Positions 8,945-18,876 of a stretch of DNA of 46,017 nt are shown piece by piece (position 1 is the stretch's first letter; every line of letters begins with the position of its first letter). The notes beneath the pieces are model-generated. The model ran no database searches and was not told the DNA's origin. It saw only the letters and a list, made by a program, of their open reading frames with translations. The translations under genes were made by a program, and so were the position numbers. Source of the DNA: Candidatus Nealsonbacteria bacterium (GTDB lineage Bacteria > Patescibacteriota > Minisyncoccia > Minisyncoccales > PWPS01); NCBI GenBank assembly GCA_003554445.1, contig PWGJ01000086.1:1-46017 (forward strand), given 5' to 3'.

Positions 8945-9944
8945 AATAAGTTGTCTTTAATTTTTTTCTTCTATCGTGTCTATCTACCGCCAACCGAATC
9001 AACTCCGTAACCAGATCGGAAAAATCAAGACCCGACTCCTCCCATAGTTTTGGGTACATGCTTATGTTGGTAAATCCGGGAATAGTATTGAGTTCATTTA
9101 CATATATTTTCTGATTCTCAACTAAAAAATCTACTCTGGCCATTCCCTCACACATATTTGCTTTAAATGCACGAACAGCTAATTTTTGAAGTCTTTTTTG
9201 CAGCTCTTTACTTATATCCGCAGGAACTAAGAGTTCAGTGTTACTGTTATCGCTATATTTTTCTTCATATGAATAAAAATCATCCGGTCTGATTTCTCCT
9301 ATGATTGACGCTTTGGGATTTAAGTTTCCAAGCACGGAACATTCCAGCTCCTTACCGTCTATGGCTCTCTCAACTATAATTTTTTCATCATATTCGAATG
9401 CTTTATCCGTTGCCTCCATAAGCTCCTCTCTATTTTTTGCTTTTGATACTCCCACCGATGAACCTAAATTTGCCGGCTTTACAAAAACGGGATAATCAAA
9501 TTTTTCTTCTACATCCTCAACGCTAACCTCGTCTTTAAAACTGATCCAATCAACTACCGGAATTTTTTTGCTTTTAAGTAAAATCTTGCTAACCTCCTTA
9601 TCCATTGCTATTGATGATCCTAAAACTCCGGGGCCAACAAACGGTATATCCATCATCCTGAAGAGTCCTTGAATAGTTCCGTCCTCCCCATTCGGGCCAT
9701 GCAAAACGGGGAAAGCCACATCTACGTTAAGCAACCCCTTTCCCGGTGAAAGATTTACCTCGGACCTACCCTCGGTTACCTGGTCGTTTGGAATTTTGTC
9801 ACATAAAAACCACTCGCCTTTTTTAGAAATACCGATTAATATGGGGTTAAATTGATCATCCAAAGCATCGAGGATGCTCCTTGCAGATCTTAAAGAAACT
9901 TCATGTTCTGCGGATTTGCCTCCGAAGATTATAGCTATATTCAT
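8943..9944 (-). CDS. ddl: D-alanine--D-alanine ligase
   Basis: FGGKSAEHEVS, HGPNGEDGTIQG and an ATP-grasp C-terminal region ending in NELNTIPGFT. Confidence 0.9.
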   Translation of the reverse strand: MNIAIIFGGKSAEHEVSLRSARSILDALDDQFNPILIGISKKGEWFLCDKIPNDQVTEGRSEVNLSPGKGLLNVDVAFPVLHGPNGEDGTIQGLFRMMDIPFVGPGVLGSSIAMDKEVSKILLKSKKIPVVDWISFKDEVSVEDVEEKFDYPVFVKPANLGSSVGVSKAKNREELMEATDKAFEYDEKIIVERAIDGKELECSVLGNLNPKASIIGEIRPDDFYSYEEKYSDNSNTELLVPADISKELQKRLQKLAVRAFKANMCEGMARVDFLVENQKIYVNELNTIPGFTNISMYPKLWEESGLDFSDLVTELIRLAVDRHDRRKKLKTTY

Positions 9945-9948
9945 ATCT

Positions 9949-10356
9949 TTATTTTAATTCTAAAACCCACAAACCGTGAATATTACAATACGCTCGAACC
10001 GATTTCACCTCTTTCCTGGTTTGGAAAATTACTTGCGGATCGGATTTTGGTGTTAAAAACTTTTTACCTGATTTTCCATCCACAGTATTAATCTCTATCC
10101 ATTCTATGAAATGATCCTCTTCCATCGGATGGTCAACCTCACCGACTTTCACTTTGAATCCATCCTTTCCATCACAGACTTTACCGGGAAGTTTTTCAAT
10201 TACCGGCACATGTTTTTCATTGCCCTTGTCTTTCTTTTTTGCTTCCATACGCTCCATCGGTTTTTGGCAACAAAAGAGCTCGCCAACCCCTTCATGAATT
10301 ACTTCCGTTATATTTTCACAAACTTGACACTTATATACTTCTTTTAATTTGATCAT
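9949..10356 (-). CDS. dfx: Desulfoferrodoxin (2Fe superoxide reductase)
   Basis: N-terminal desulforedoxin-like CQVC...CC. The C-terminal SOR centre has EKHVPV, HPMEEDHFIEWIE and YCNIHGLW. Confidence 0.85.
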   Translation of the reverse strand: MIKLKEVYKCQVCENITEVIHEGVGELFCCQKPMERMEAKKKDKGNEKHVPVIEKLPGKVCDGKDGFKVKVGEVDHPMEEDHFIEWIEINTVDGKSGKKFLTPKSDPQVIFQTRKEVKSVRAYCNIHGLWVLELK

Positions 10357-10469
10357 ATTTTTAAGCTTTATTTTTTAATAATTTTAACATATTGGCTTTT
10401 TAAAAAAAGCCCAAATAAATATTCAACCTACAGCTGTCCCGATCTTGGTTGTAAAGTCTAAATTAAATT

Positions 10470-10949
10470 TTAATCCGCAACCTTTTCTTGATTATTTTTT
10501 AGTTTTTTAGCGAATTTTCTCGCTTCTTCTAAATCGGTTTTGTCCGGCCTGCCTTTGTTAACTCCTCCAAAAACTTTCAAGGGCCCGAAGCTGTCATAAC
10601 CCAAGCAGTCAAATTCATCAATTATTTGGAAGCCCTTTTCATTCAAAATTTTTCTAATATTTTTATGTCCCCGATTTAAAAATATATTTTGAGTCATTCC
10701 GGCAGTTGAGAATATAAAAGCTTTTTTATTTCTCACTTTTGGTAAACTGCTTACAAATTTAATCAAACCCTTGTGGAATTTAGCCATATAGATGCCGGAT
10801 CCGAAACCGACGAGATCAGCCTCCAAAACTTCTTCCTTACTTACTTCCGTAAAGGAAATCAACTTCCCTCCCAATTCCTTGTGAATCGTATCTGCAATTT
10901 TTTTTGTATTTCCATGATGGATTGAAGCGTATATTACTAAAATTTTCAT
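10470..10949 (-). CDS. Flavodoxin-fold protein
   Basis: MKILVIYASIHHGNTKKIADTI N-terminus typical of flavodoxin-like proteins. 159 aa. Confidence 0.6.
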   Translation of the reverse strand: MKILVIYASIHHGNTKKIADTIHKELGGKLISFTEVSKEEVLEADLVGFGSGIYMAKFHKGLIKFVSSLPKVRNKKAFIFSTAGMTQNIFLNRGHKNIRKILNEKGFQIIDEFDCLGYDSFGPLKVFGGVNKGRPDKTDLEEARKFAKKLKNNQEKVAD

Positions 10950-11998
10950 CTGTTTTTACTCTTAACGAAAATTACTCTGACACCCAGAAGCCTAACCGGT
11001 CTTGCTTTTTGAGTCAGAAGATCAAGTAGAAGCTTGACTCCTTCTCCGTACACCAAATCCCGTGTCGGCTTTTTAGGTTTAAAGGAGATTTGTTTAGTGT
11101 AACTGTCAAATCCCTCGAATCTACAAACGGTAACTATGGTTTTTATATTTCTCTCTTCTTCTCTTGCTAAATCAACAACTTCTTTTGACAAGGACTTAAA
11201 TGTCGATATTATTACTTCGGGATCGGTCGTATTTTTATCGAAAGTGGTCTCTCTCCCCAATGATTTGGTTTCCGTTTTGGTTTTTACCCTCGAGTCATCT
11301 TTACCTCTTGCCTTTTTATAGATATCCGCTCCTCTTTTTCCAAAGTCATTAACAAGTTGATCCATTGAAAGTCTCTTTAAATCTTTTACTTTCAGATCGG
11401 ATTTTCCCAAAATATGCTCCAGTTCTTTTTCTGTTTTAGGTCCTATTCCGGGAATATCTCTCACACTTTTTTTGGATATGAATCCGATCGTTTCTCCGGG
11501 CCGTACTACGGTCAAACCGTCGGGTTTATCCTCTTCGGAAGCAATTTTGGCGATCATTTTATTTTTCCCGATCCCCACACTGGAAGTCAATTTCTCTTTC
11601 CTTAAAATCATTTCTTTTAAATCTCTTCCTATCTTTTCAGCCTGTGAATAATTTTTAGCTACTCTCGATAAATCCAAATAAGCCTCATCAAAAGAAACTC
11701 TTTCACATTTATCCGAGACCGTTTCCATTATTCTGAAAATACTCTCGGAAACTCGTGAATAAAGATTCTTGTTCACCGGTAAATATATCGCCTTCGGACA
11801 GAGTTTGTAAGCTTTTGATATCGCCATTCCGGAACTTATTCCGAATTTTCTCGCTTCATAATTAGCCGTAGAGACGACACCTCTCGCCTCACCTCCTTTC
11901 GGATCGGACCCGACCACCAACGGCTCCCCTTTAAATCGCGGATTTTCTCGCTCTTCAACCTGAGCAAAAAAATAATCCATGTCCAAGTGTAAAATCAT
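10946..11998 (-). CDS. dinB: DNA polymerase IV (Y-family)
   Basis: ILHLDMDYFFAQVE, SFDEAYLD and the GIGPKT HhH motif. Confidence 0.9.
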   Translation of the reverse strand: MILHLDMDYFFAQVEERENPRFKGEPLVVGSDPKGGEARGVVSTANYEARKFGISSGMAISKAYKLCPKAIYLPVNKNLYSRVSESIFRIMETVSDKCERVSFDEAYLDLSRVAKNYSQAEKIGRDLKEMILRKEKLTSSVGIGKNKMIAKIASEEDKPDGLTVVRPGETIGFISKKSVRDIPGIGPKTEKELEHILGKSDLKVKDLKRLSMDQLVNDFGKRGADIYKKARGKDDSRVKTKTETKSLGRETTFDKNTTDPEVIISTFKSLSKEVVDLAREEERNIKTIVTVCRFEGFDSYTKQISFKPKKPTRDLVYGEGVKLLLDLLTQKARPVRLLGVRVIFVKSKNR

Positions 11999-12048
11999 AA
12001 ATTAAAAATCTATTGGTTGAGGATTTTCTTTTAGTAAAACTTCGGAAG

Positions 12049-12522
12049 TTAATTTAAAATCCAAATGAAATAATTTAAAGCGGTCGCCACCGATACCCAT
12101 CCGGTATACGGAATCAAAGCTATCGCCAACTTTTTTGAAACCGGCCAAAGAAACAGAATTAATAATATTATTGTCAGATTTAAAACAATAATTTGAATCA
12201 GAGCTACTCCGGTCAAATTAAGGGTGAAAAATAAGAGAGACCAGGTAGCGTTAAGAATCGCATTGACAGCAAAAAGAACTATTATTAATTTAAAGTGATC
12301 CGTTGATTTAAATTTATTCCAAAAAATTAAAACAACGGCAGTCACCAATGCATATAAAAATGTCCATATTGCACCTATAAGAGCACCCGGAGGAGTCCAT
12401 TCCGGTTTAACTAATTCATCATACCAACCATTTATTCCTTGCGAAGTAAAATAATTTCCAAAAATAGCAACGGCTATGGTGATAAGAGGAATCAGAAAAT
12501 AGTTTAATTTTATATTTTTCAT
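12049..12522 (-). CDS. tspO: TspO/MBR tryptophan-rich sensory protein
   Basis: 157 aa with 5 TM helices. WYDELVKPEWTPPGALIGAIWTFLY is the family signature. Confidence 0.8.
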   Translation of the reverse strand: MKNIKLNYFLIPLITIAVAIFGNYFTSQGINGWYDELVKPEWTPPGALIGAIWTFLYALVTAVVLIFWNKFKSTDHFKLIIVLFAVNAILNATWSLLFFTLNLTGVALIQIIVLNLTIILLILFLWPVSKKLAIALIPYTGWVSVATALNYFIWILN

Positions 12523-12526
12523 CTCT

Positions 12527-15500
12527 TTAATATTTTTTTAACAAATTATCTTCAAATTTACTTATTTCTTTTATCGACTTTTTATCATAGTCATCTTCTA
12601 CGGAAAAATTCAATTTTTTAATTCTCTTTCCAACTATTTCAATTAACTTTTTAACTTTTTCCACATCTTCCTTTTCAATATCGAGCGATAATCTGATAAT
12701 CTTTCCTTTTTTATTCGGCTCAATGAATTCGAGCCACCCTCGGCTAACGGTATAATCCGAAAAATCGGTAGAGTTTTCGATTAATAATTTATAAAAAATT
12801 AGTTGATTTTTGTACTTCCATGCTTTTATCTTGTTATAGTTTCCGGACGGATTCCAGCTTTCAATCGGCTTTCCGGTTTTGAAATCGGTTACTTCTATTT
12901 TGTTCTCTTTTCTTTCGATTTTATCGATTTTTCCGGTTAATCTTATACCGGAAACCAAAACACTTTGTTGTCTGAAGTTTTTTTCGATAATATGGTCGGA
13001 ATCAAAACTTTCCCGTCTTTCTTTATAAAACTTTTTCAAGCTGTCTTTTCCTTTTTTGAGATATTTATCAAAATCCCTCCCGGTTAATCGCTGCTTTTTT
13101 AAATAAATCTCATAAGTTTCCAAAATTTCTTCGATTTTCGGCAATTCTTCTTCCGATTTCAATTCATTGTAAATCCAGTTAAGAGTTTGATGAACAGCCG
13201 TGCCGTTGCAAGCACCCGGATGCTTTTTAGAAGGAAATCTCAGTAGCGTATCTTGTAAAAATGATTCCGGTCCTTCCTCGGTAACATTCAAATACTTATT
13301 GAACCCGGTAGAACTAAGCATGTAATCGGATGCCAGAGGTTTTAAAAGTTGCCTTTCAGTCGCATTGAAAGGTGGAGAGTAATAACTCTTTCTTGATGAT
13401 TCCAGTTGTTGATAACCGACATCAATTTCGGAATCCTCCAGATCAAAATGATCAATGAATTCTAATGATGAATAATCTCTACCATTTTCTTTTTTTCGAT
13501 GTGCTGTTATGGATAAAAAACTCTTGGCTCTGGTTAAGGCTACATAAAAAAGTCTTAAATAGTCATCTTTTGTTTCCGATGTTTTAAGAGGTATATTGGA
13601 TGGAAGAGGTAATCGATTTCCACCTCGCTTTTTTGCCCAAATCTCTTCTTGGCAATTTAAAACGAAGACCGCTTCAAACTCTCTACCCTTGGCACTGTGA
13701 GCGGTAATCAAAGAAACTGCATCGGAGTCCGTAATAAGAGGGCTGGTATCATTAATCGCTATCTTATTTTCAATATGCCTATCATAAAACTCCAAAAGAT
13801 CCGGAGCTTTTAAAACCTGTCCTTCTTTATAACTTTTTAAAGCAGAGGTAAATCTTTTCAATGCTGATAGGAATTCAAAATAAGCCGACGGATTCTCATT
13901 CAACGAATCTTTTCCGAAATAATGATTTTTTATGGGGCTACCCATTGCAATCTTTTTATTTCCTACCGTTAAATCAAGAATTTCTTCAGCTGTTTTGTAC
14001 TCTGATTTTTTAGATAACTCAACCAAAAAGTTACGAATACTTCTAAGTTGATTATCTCTCCCCATTTCTTCAAACCAAGAATTTCTTTTTTGATATGCTC
14101 TACGTGCCAATCTCCAAATTTTATCTCTATCTAAGTTCCAAAAAGGATAACTTAAAATTTCGGGAAGAAGTTCGTCGGCTTTATCATTGTCCCCCTCTAA
14201 GAGATAAACTGCAAATCGAATTATTTTAACAATTTGTCTAATAACTTCATTTTCAAGCACATTAACTTTTCTCTCGGCATAAATCGGAATTTCGAGGTCA
14301 GCAAAATAAGGAGCTGCTTCTTTTAAAATTTTATGTTTTCTGCCCATTACCGCTATTTCTTCCGGATTTATGCCGGATTCAATCAGTTCTTTTACTTTGT
14401 GAGACACATATGAATACTCCTCTTCTTTGGATTTAAAGCTTTTTGCTTCTATCTCTTCATCCATCTCCGGTCTGGCGGAAATCAAGTCTTTGTTGACTTC
14501 ATCTAATTTTTTTTCCAACCTTTCTTCACCTCTTGATATTATCTCCTTAGCGGAATCCAAGATTCTTTGTCCGGATCTGTAATTTTTTTTCAAAGTTACT
14601 ATTTCAATATCTTCATACAAATTCCTAAAATTCAAAATATTGGATATTTCAGCCCCCTGAAATCTGTAAATAGCTTGGTCATCATCACCAACTACACAAA
14701 TGTTAGGACGGTTGTGAGGTTCATCTTTGGTTAGATTTTCAAGAAGTCTCATCTGCACACCGCTTGTATCTTGAAACTCATCAATCATCATGTATAAATA
14801 TTTTTCTTGCAAATCATAACGAAGCGAATCATTACCCTCCAAAACCTTGGTTACATCCAAAATCATATCGGAAAAATCATAAAGTCCTCTTTCATACATT
14901 ATGTCTTCATATTTTCCATATACTCTTGCCAAACTTTTATGCTTTTCAAGATAGTGCTTATCCCTTAAAACTCTCTTTTTACCATCTCTTTTCGTCCACT
15001 TATTTTTCCACTCGGTTATTCCTCGAGTACCTTCTTTTTCCAACGCCCTTCTCAATGAAGCTGTTACCAATTTACTCAGTGGTTGATAATGTTTAAGAGG
15101 AAAATCAATGTCGACATTTTCAATTTCAGTTATAATATTTTCTATTTTCGGACGCATTGATTTGGAAACTCGATCACTAAAAACTTCACTTATCAGAGAA
15201 TTTATTTTTTGGATATCTTTTTGGTTTGCTTCTATCGATTTTTCTAATTCTTCCGGTGTAATTCCCGCTTTTTTTAATTCCGGAATTATCTTTTTTAGAG
15301 GTCTTAAATAGACATACCCTACACTTGGGTGTTTGCTTTCCAGCGGATCATCATAACTTAAATCTTTTAAAATCTCTTCTAAAATCTCGGTTTTGGTTAT
15401 CTCATCCGCAAGATCAAATTTTGCTCCCTTGTAAAAATGTTCCGGATTGGAATCTATTATCTCCTTACAAAAACTATGAAAAGTAAAAGTTGGAACTTTA

Positions 15501-15751
15501 TAACCTTCTTCGCCTATCATTTCAACTAATCGCTCTTTCATGTTGAGAGCCGCTGCATCGGTATAAGTAAGACAAAGCAAGCTACCGGCCGGAACATCCT
15601 TTTTTTTCAGTATGTTTGCCGCTCTGACGGACAAGAGCTCGGTTTTTCCCGACCCCGGACCGGCAACTATCATTAAAGGTCCGTCGATTTTATCGACAGC
15701 CCTTTTTTGCTCCTTATTTAATCTCTTGTAGCTTTTTTCAAAATTTTTCAT
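12527..15751 (-). CDS. UvrD-family helicase fused to C-terminal PD-(D/E)XK (RecB/AddA-like) nuclease domain
   Basis: N-terminal GPGSGKTELL, DEFQDTS and VVGDDDQAIYRFQGA helicase motifs. The C-terminal GKIDKIE...EVTDFKTGK...QLIFYKLL is a D..D/ExK..Y nuclease pattern. 1074 aa. Confidence 0.8.
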   Translation of the reverse strand: MKNFEKSYKRLNKEQKRAVDKIDGPLMIVAGPGSGKTELLSVRAANILKKKDVPAGSLLCLTYTDAAALNMKERLVEMIGEEGYKVPTFTFHSFCKEIIDSNPEHFYKGAKFDLADEITKTEILEEILKDLSYDDPLESKHPSVGYVYLRPLKKIIPELKKAGITPEELEKSIEANQKDIQKINSLISEVFSDRVSKSMRPKIENIITEIENVDIDFPLKHYQPLSKLVTASLRRALEKEGTRGITEWKNKWTKRDGKKRVLRDKHYLEKHKSLARVYGKYEDIMYERGLYDFSDMILDVTKVLEGNDSLRYDLQEKYLYMMIDEFQDTSGVQMRLLENLTKDEPHNRPNICVVGDDDQAIYRFQGAEISNILNFRNLYEDIEIVTLKKNYRSGQRILDSAKEIISRGEERLEKKLDEVNKDLISARPEMDEEIEAKSFKSKEEEYSYVSHKVKELIESGINPEEIAVMGRKHKILKEAAPYFADLEIPIYAERKVNVLENEVIRQIVKIIRFAVYLLEGDNDKADELLPEILSYPFWNLDRDKIWRLARRAYQKRNSWFEEMGRDNQLRSIRNFLVELSKKSEYKTAEEILDLTVGNKKIAMGSPIKNHYFGKDSLNENPSAYFEFLSALKRFTSALKSYKEGQVLKAPDLLEFYDRHIENKIAINDTSPLITDSDAVSLITAHSAKGREFEAVFVLNCQEEIWAKKRGGNRLPLPSNIPLKTSETKDDYLRLFYVALTRAKSFLSITAHRKKENGRDYSSLEFIDHFDLEDSEIDVGYQQLESSRKSYYSPPFNATERQLLKPLASDYMLSSTGFNKYLNVTEEGPESFLQDTLLRFPSKKHPGACNGTAVHQTLNWIYNELKSEEELPKIEEILETYEIYLKKQRLTGRDFDKYLKKGKDSLKKFYKERRESFDSDHIIEKNFRQQSVLVSGIRLTGKIDKIERKENKIEVTDFKTGKPIESWNPSGNYNKIKAWKYKNQLIFYKLLIENSTDFSDYTVSRGWLEFIEPNKKGKIIRLSLDIEKEDVEKVKKLIEIVGKRIKKLNFSVEDDYDKKSIKEISKFEDNLLKKY

Positions 15752-16421
15752 CTATTTTTTCTCGCATTTTAATTACTTCTTCTTTAGAAAAAAGGAGGCC
15801 GGTTGCACCTTGACTCATAACGTATTTGCCTTCTTCTTGATGTCCAAGACCAAAAACATGGCCCAGCTCATGAGATAAAGTTCTGTAATCTCTTCCGGCT
15901 ATATAGTCCGGAATAATAACGATATTTTTGCCCGGATAAGCGATACCGTTCAACCCGCCCAAAGTCTTTACCAAAATTATATTTACACCATCTTGAGTAG
16001 TGTCAATCAATTCAAAATTACCTCTTAATAATTGACTGGCATCATCTCTTGTTAGATTCTTTTTTCTGATTTTTTTAATCTCCAAATCAATTCCGCCCTG
16101 CGACAAGATCATGGAGCTGTTTTCAATCATCGAAATTATATTTTCCGAGCTTCTCTCCGAACCGAAAACTTCATCTTTTACGACTGAGACATAAACCGGA
16201 ACTTCCACCCTCTCAACATTCACTATCTTTTCCATTTCCGAAACCGTTACATGAGTCGGAGTTTCTCTAAAAAAGAAATATTCGTGCAACCCGGAGAAGT
16301 AAACCATTAAAAAAACCAAAAGCAAAGCCAACACGGCCTTTATTACCTTAAAAATCAAATTCTCATCATCTTCTCCTTCGATTTCCCGATTTAAATCATC
16401 TTCTAGGTCTTGGAGTTCCAT
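15738..16421 (-). CDS. Membrane-anchored metzincin-type zinc metalloprotease
   Basis: Acidic N-terminal tail, one TM helix, then HELGHVFGLGH, the HExxHxxGxxH metzincin motif. The stop overlaps the helicase start by 14 nt. Confidence 0.65.
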   Translation of the reverse strand: MELQDLEDDLNREIEGEDDENLIFKVIKAVLALLLVFLMVYFSGLHEYFFFRETPTHVTVSEMEKIVNVERVEVPVYVSVVKDEVFGSERSSENIISMIENSSMILSQGGIDLEIKKIRKKNLTRDDASQLLRGNFELIDTTQDGVNIILVKTLGGLNGIAYPGKNIVIIPDYIAGRDYRTLSHELGHVFGLGHQEEGKYVMSQGATGLLFSKEEVIKMREKIDEKF

Positions 16422-16422
16422 A

Positions 16423-16743
16423 TTAAAATTTTACCTCCCATTTCGGAGTAAATTTATTACCGGTCAGCTCGATCTTTCTTATTTTGCCCAATATAAAAGA
16501 ATGAGGCTCCTCATCTCCGGAACCCGTTGTGTATGCATTCAGGATATGTCCCGCTCTTATATGATCTTTATCAAAAACCAACGTCTCGCCACCGGGAGGA
16601 ATATCGGTGGTCAAGCTGTAAGGCTCAACCTCTCTCCAGCCTTCCTTGGTTTTTTCCGTTTCTGGATAATATATTCTAACAGTTTCATTATTTTTAGCCG
16701 CCTTTCCGAGAATTTTTAATATTTTTTTGAATTTCATTACCAT
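16423..16743 (-). CDS. Small stand-alone WYL-like domain protein (tentative)
   Basis: The pattern VRIYY...WREVEPYSL...HILNAYT...HSFILGKIRKIELTGNKF parallels the WYL-domain consensus (v.i.Y ... R.v.PY.L ... WYL.aY ... R.FrldRI..ve). Assigned by eye only. Confidence 0.4.
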   Translation of the reverse strand: MVMKFKKILKILGKAAKNNETVRIYYPETEKTKEGWREVEPYSLTTDIPPGGETLVFDKDHIRAGHILNAYTTGSGDEEPHSFILGKIRKIELTGNKFTPKWEVKF

Positions 16744-16750
16744 TTTAATA

Positions 16751-16759
16751 ATTATAGCA
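16751..16759 (-). promoter_or_regulatory. Extended -10 promoter element (TGcTATAAT) only 7 nt upstream of the ATG at 16743
   Basis: The reverse complement of 16751-16759 is TGCTATAAT. There is no room for a Shine-Dalgarno sequence, so a leaderless transcript is implied. Confidence 0.3.
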
Positions 16760-16772
16760 AAACTGCACCAAA

Positions 16773-16796
16773 TAAAAAATCCTCACCGGTGGTGAG
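16773..16796 (-). terminator. Intrinsic terminator after the 16821-17180 gene
   Basis: CTCACC-ggt-GGTGAG hairpin. On the minus strand it is followed by GATTTTTTATTT. Confidence 0.5.
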
Positions 16797-16820
16797 AATC
16801 AACTTTTTTTCTTGCATCTA

Positions 16821-17180
16821 TTATTGCCCGAATTCTTCTCTTATCACCAATCCCAGCTCTTGAAAAAAGCTTCTTATTATTTTCTTTTTTTGATTTAGAA
16901 AATCAAATGTGAATTTCGGCCAATTATCGGAACACTCTGCAGTAACAACATGACCCGAAACCGTAATTTCCAATTTTTTATATGCCCCTTTCGGTAAAAA
17001 ATGAAATTTGGACAAAGAATACCTCGGAACGGCTTGAACCGTCCATCTTCGAGTCTCCCCATCTTCATAACCTTCAACTTTCCACCCTTTTTCCTCACTC
17101 AATTTTTCAAGAGTTCTTTCAGTGGCTTGGTAGAGTTCATTGAAAAAAAACTCTTCAAATATTTCGGATTCTTTTACCAT
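16821..17180 (-). CDS. Hypothetical protein (119 aa)
   Basis: ORF with its own downstream terminator. No family recognised. Confidence 0.5.
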   Translation of the reverse strand: MVKESEIFEEFFFNELYQATERTLEKLSEEKGWKVEGYEDGETRRWTVQAVPRYSLSKFHFLPKGAYKKLEITVSGHVVTAECSDNWPKFTFDFLNQKKKIIRSFFQELGLVIREEFGQ

Positions 17181-17220
17181 AAATTAAACTTTCATTATTT
17201 ACTTAATTTAATCACAATAG

Positions 17221-18876
17221 CTAATTAGTGTCAATTTTTTCAATCGGACTTTTTTTTGTGTAAGTCGTGTAAAAGAGTTCTTTTTTGTCTTTAATCTTGT
17301 TATAGATTTTTTTAAACTCTTTATTCGCGTGAGTCGGTTGTACTTTTTTACTTTTAGCTTCCTCAATCAATCCTCTACGGCGTGACCTTCTTATCCTTTC
17401 ATTGGTTGGAACGGGTTGTCCTCCTCCTCCTATGCACCCACCTTCACAGCTCATAAATTCAATATAATCATATAAGTTGGGGTTTTCTTGTAATTTTTCA
17501 AATAAATGAACAGCTTCACTTAATCCGTTTATCTTTTTGGTTCTGATCTTTCTTCCATTCATTTCAAAAGAAAATTCTTCCCTGTTTTTAATATTTTCAT
17601 CCATCAATTCATTACCCGTTTTTAAATAATAAGCATGTCTGAGTGCGGCCTCCATAACACCCCCGCTCGCACCATAACTTATACTGTTACCGGAAGCGGC
17701 TCCGAATGGGTTATCAAACTCCCCTTCATCCAAGCTTAAAAAATCAATATTTTTATCTCTGAATAATCTTCCCACCTCTCTAACGGTAAGCACATGATCA
17801 ACCGGCCTTCCATGTCTTGTTTTTAATTCATCTCTGGTAATTTCATATTTTTTTGAAACACAAGGCATCACGGAAACGACGGTTACATTATCCGGGTTTT
17901 GAGAAAGTTCTTTGATTACGGCTCCCAATATTATATGAGGAGATCTGACGTTTGTTATTTTATCGATAAAATCAGGATAAAAGCATTCTACAAATCTGAC
18001 CCAAGAAGGACAACAAGAAGTCATTACCGGTAAATCATCCTCCGTCTGTTCCAAAAATTCCTTAGCCTCTTCATGAGTTGTGAAATCAGCACCGAAAGAA
18101 ACATCAAAAACCTTGTCGGCCCCAACTTTCCTAAGTCCGGATATCAATTTCCCTGTTGATACGGTTCCCAGGTCCAAACCGAATTCTTCACTTATTGAAA
18201 CTCTTGCAGCCGGTGCAATTTGAAAAACAATTTCTTTATCTTCACCACCCTCAAACGGTTTAAAAACACCTTGAAATTCACCGTCTGCTTCAAATGACCC
18301 CGCAGGACAATGGTTTATGCATTGACCACAATATACACACGCTTTTTCTTTTGAGGGAGTAACTTCAAAAAGATGTCCACGCCCCTCCATTTCTAAAAAA
18401 GAAACGGGGCAAACCTCCAGACAATTGCGACAATCTATACATTTTGAAGAATCAAAATCAACGATACCTCCGAAACTTAGTTCCGGATACTCCTCTTTCC
18501 TATCATCGAATTTATTTATTTCTACAAAATATCTTCTGGCTAAATACAATAATTTACAACCCGGATTCCAAACACAGTCATCACACTCTTCTTTGTGCTG
18601 GGAAAAGAGTAATTCTAAATTGGTTTTTCTTATTTTTTGGATTTCCGGATTATGAGTAATTACTTCCATGCCGTCATAAACTTCAGTTGCACACGCAGGA
18701 AGATAGTCTTTGCAACCTTTTACCTCTACGACACAAACCCTACAACTTCCTCTGACACAAACATCGGAATGACTACAAAGAGACGGAATTTCAATGTCTT
18801 CCCGGCGAGCAACTTCCAAAATCGTCTCCCCTTCTTTCACATTATCTATATTTTTTCCGTTTATCTTAATTATCAT
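17221..18876 (-). CDS. hydA: [FeFe]-hydrogenase catalytic subunit with N-terminal 2Fe-2S and 4Fe-4S ferredoxin domains
   Basis: H-cluster motifs TSCCPSWV, MPCVSKKYE and FMSCEGGCIGGGGQP. The N-terminus has CSHSDVCVRGSCRVC and two CxxCxxCxxxCP clusters. Confidence 0.9.
   Translation of the reverse strand: MIIKINGKNIDNVKEGETILEVARREDIEIPSLCSHSDVCVRGSCRVCVVEVKGCKDYLPACATEVYDGMEVITHNPEIQKIRKTNLELLFSQHKEECDDCVWNPGCKLLYLARRYFVEINKFDDRKEEYPELSFGGIVDFDSSKCIDCRNCLEVCPVSFLEMEGRGHLFEVTPSKEKACVYCGQCINHCPAGSFEADGEFQGVFKPFEGGEDKEIVFQIAPAARVSISEEFGLDLGTVSTGKLISGLRKVGADKVFDVSFGADFTTHEEAKEFLEQTEDDLPVMTSCCPSWVRFVECFYPDFIDKITNVRSPHIILGAVIKELSQNPDNVTVVSVMPCVSKKYEITRDELKTRHGRPVDHVLTVREVGRLFRDKNIDFLSLDEGEFDNPFGAASGNSISYGASGGVMEAALRHAYYLKTGNELMDENIKNREEFSFEMNGRKIRTKKINGLSEAVHLFEKLQENPNLYDYIEFMSCEGGCIGGGGQPVPTNERIRRSRRRGLIEEAKSKKVQPTHANKEFKKIYNKIKDKKELFYTTYTKKSPIEKIDTN

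Noticed and set aside
10393-10411. GGCTTTTTAAAAAAAGCC palindrome downstream of the flavodoxin gene as a terminator.
   Set aside because: The stem is mostly A/T and no T-run follows on the minus strand. Too weak to call.
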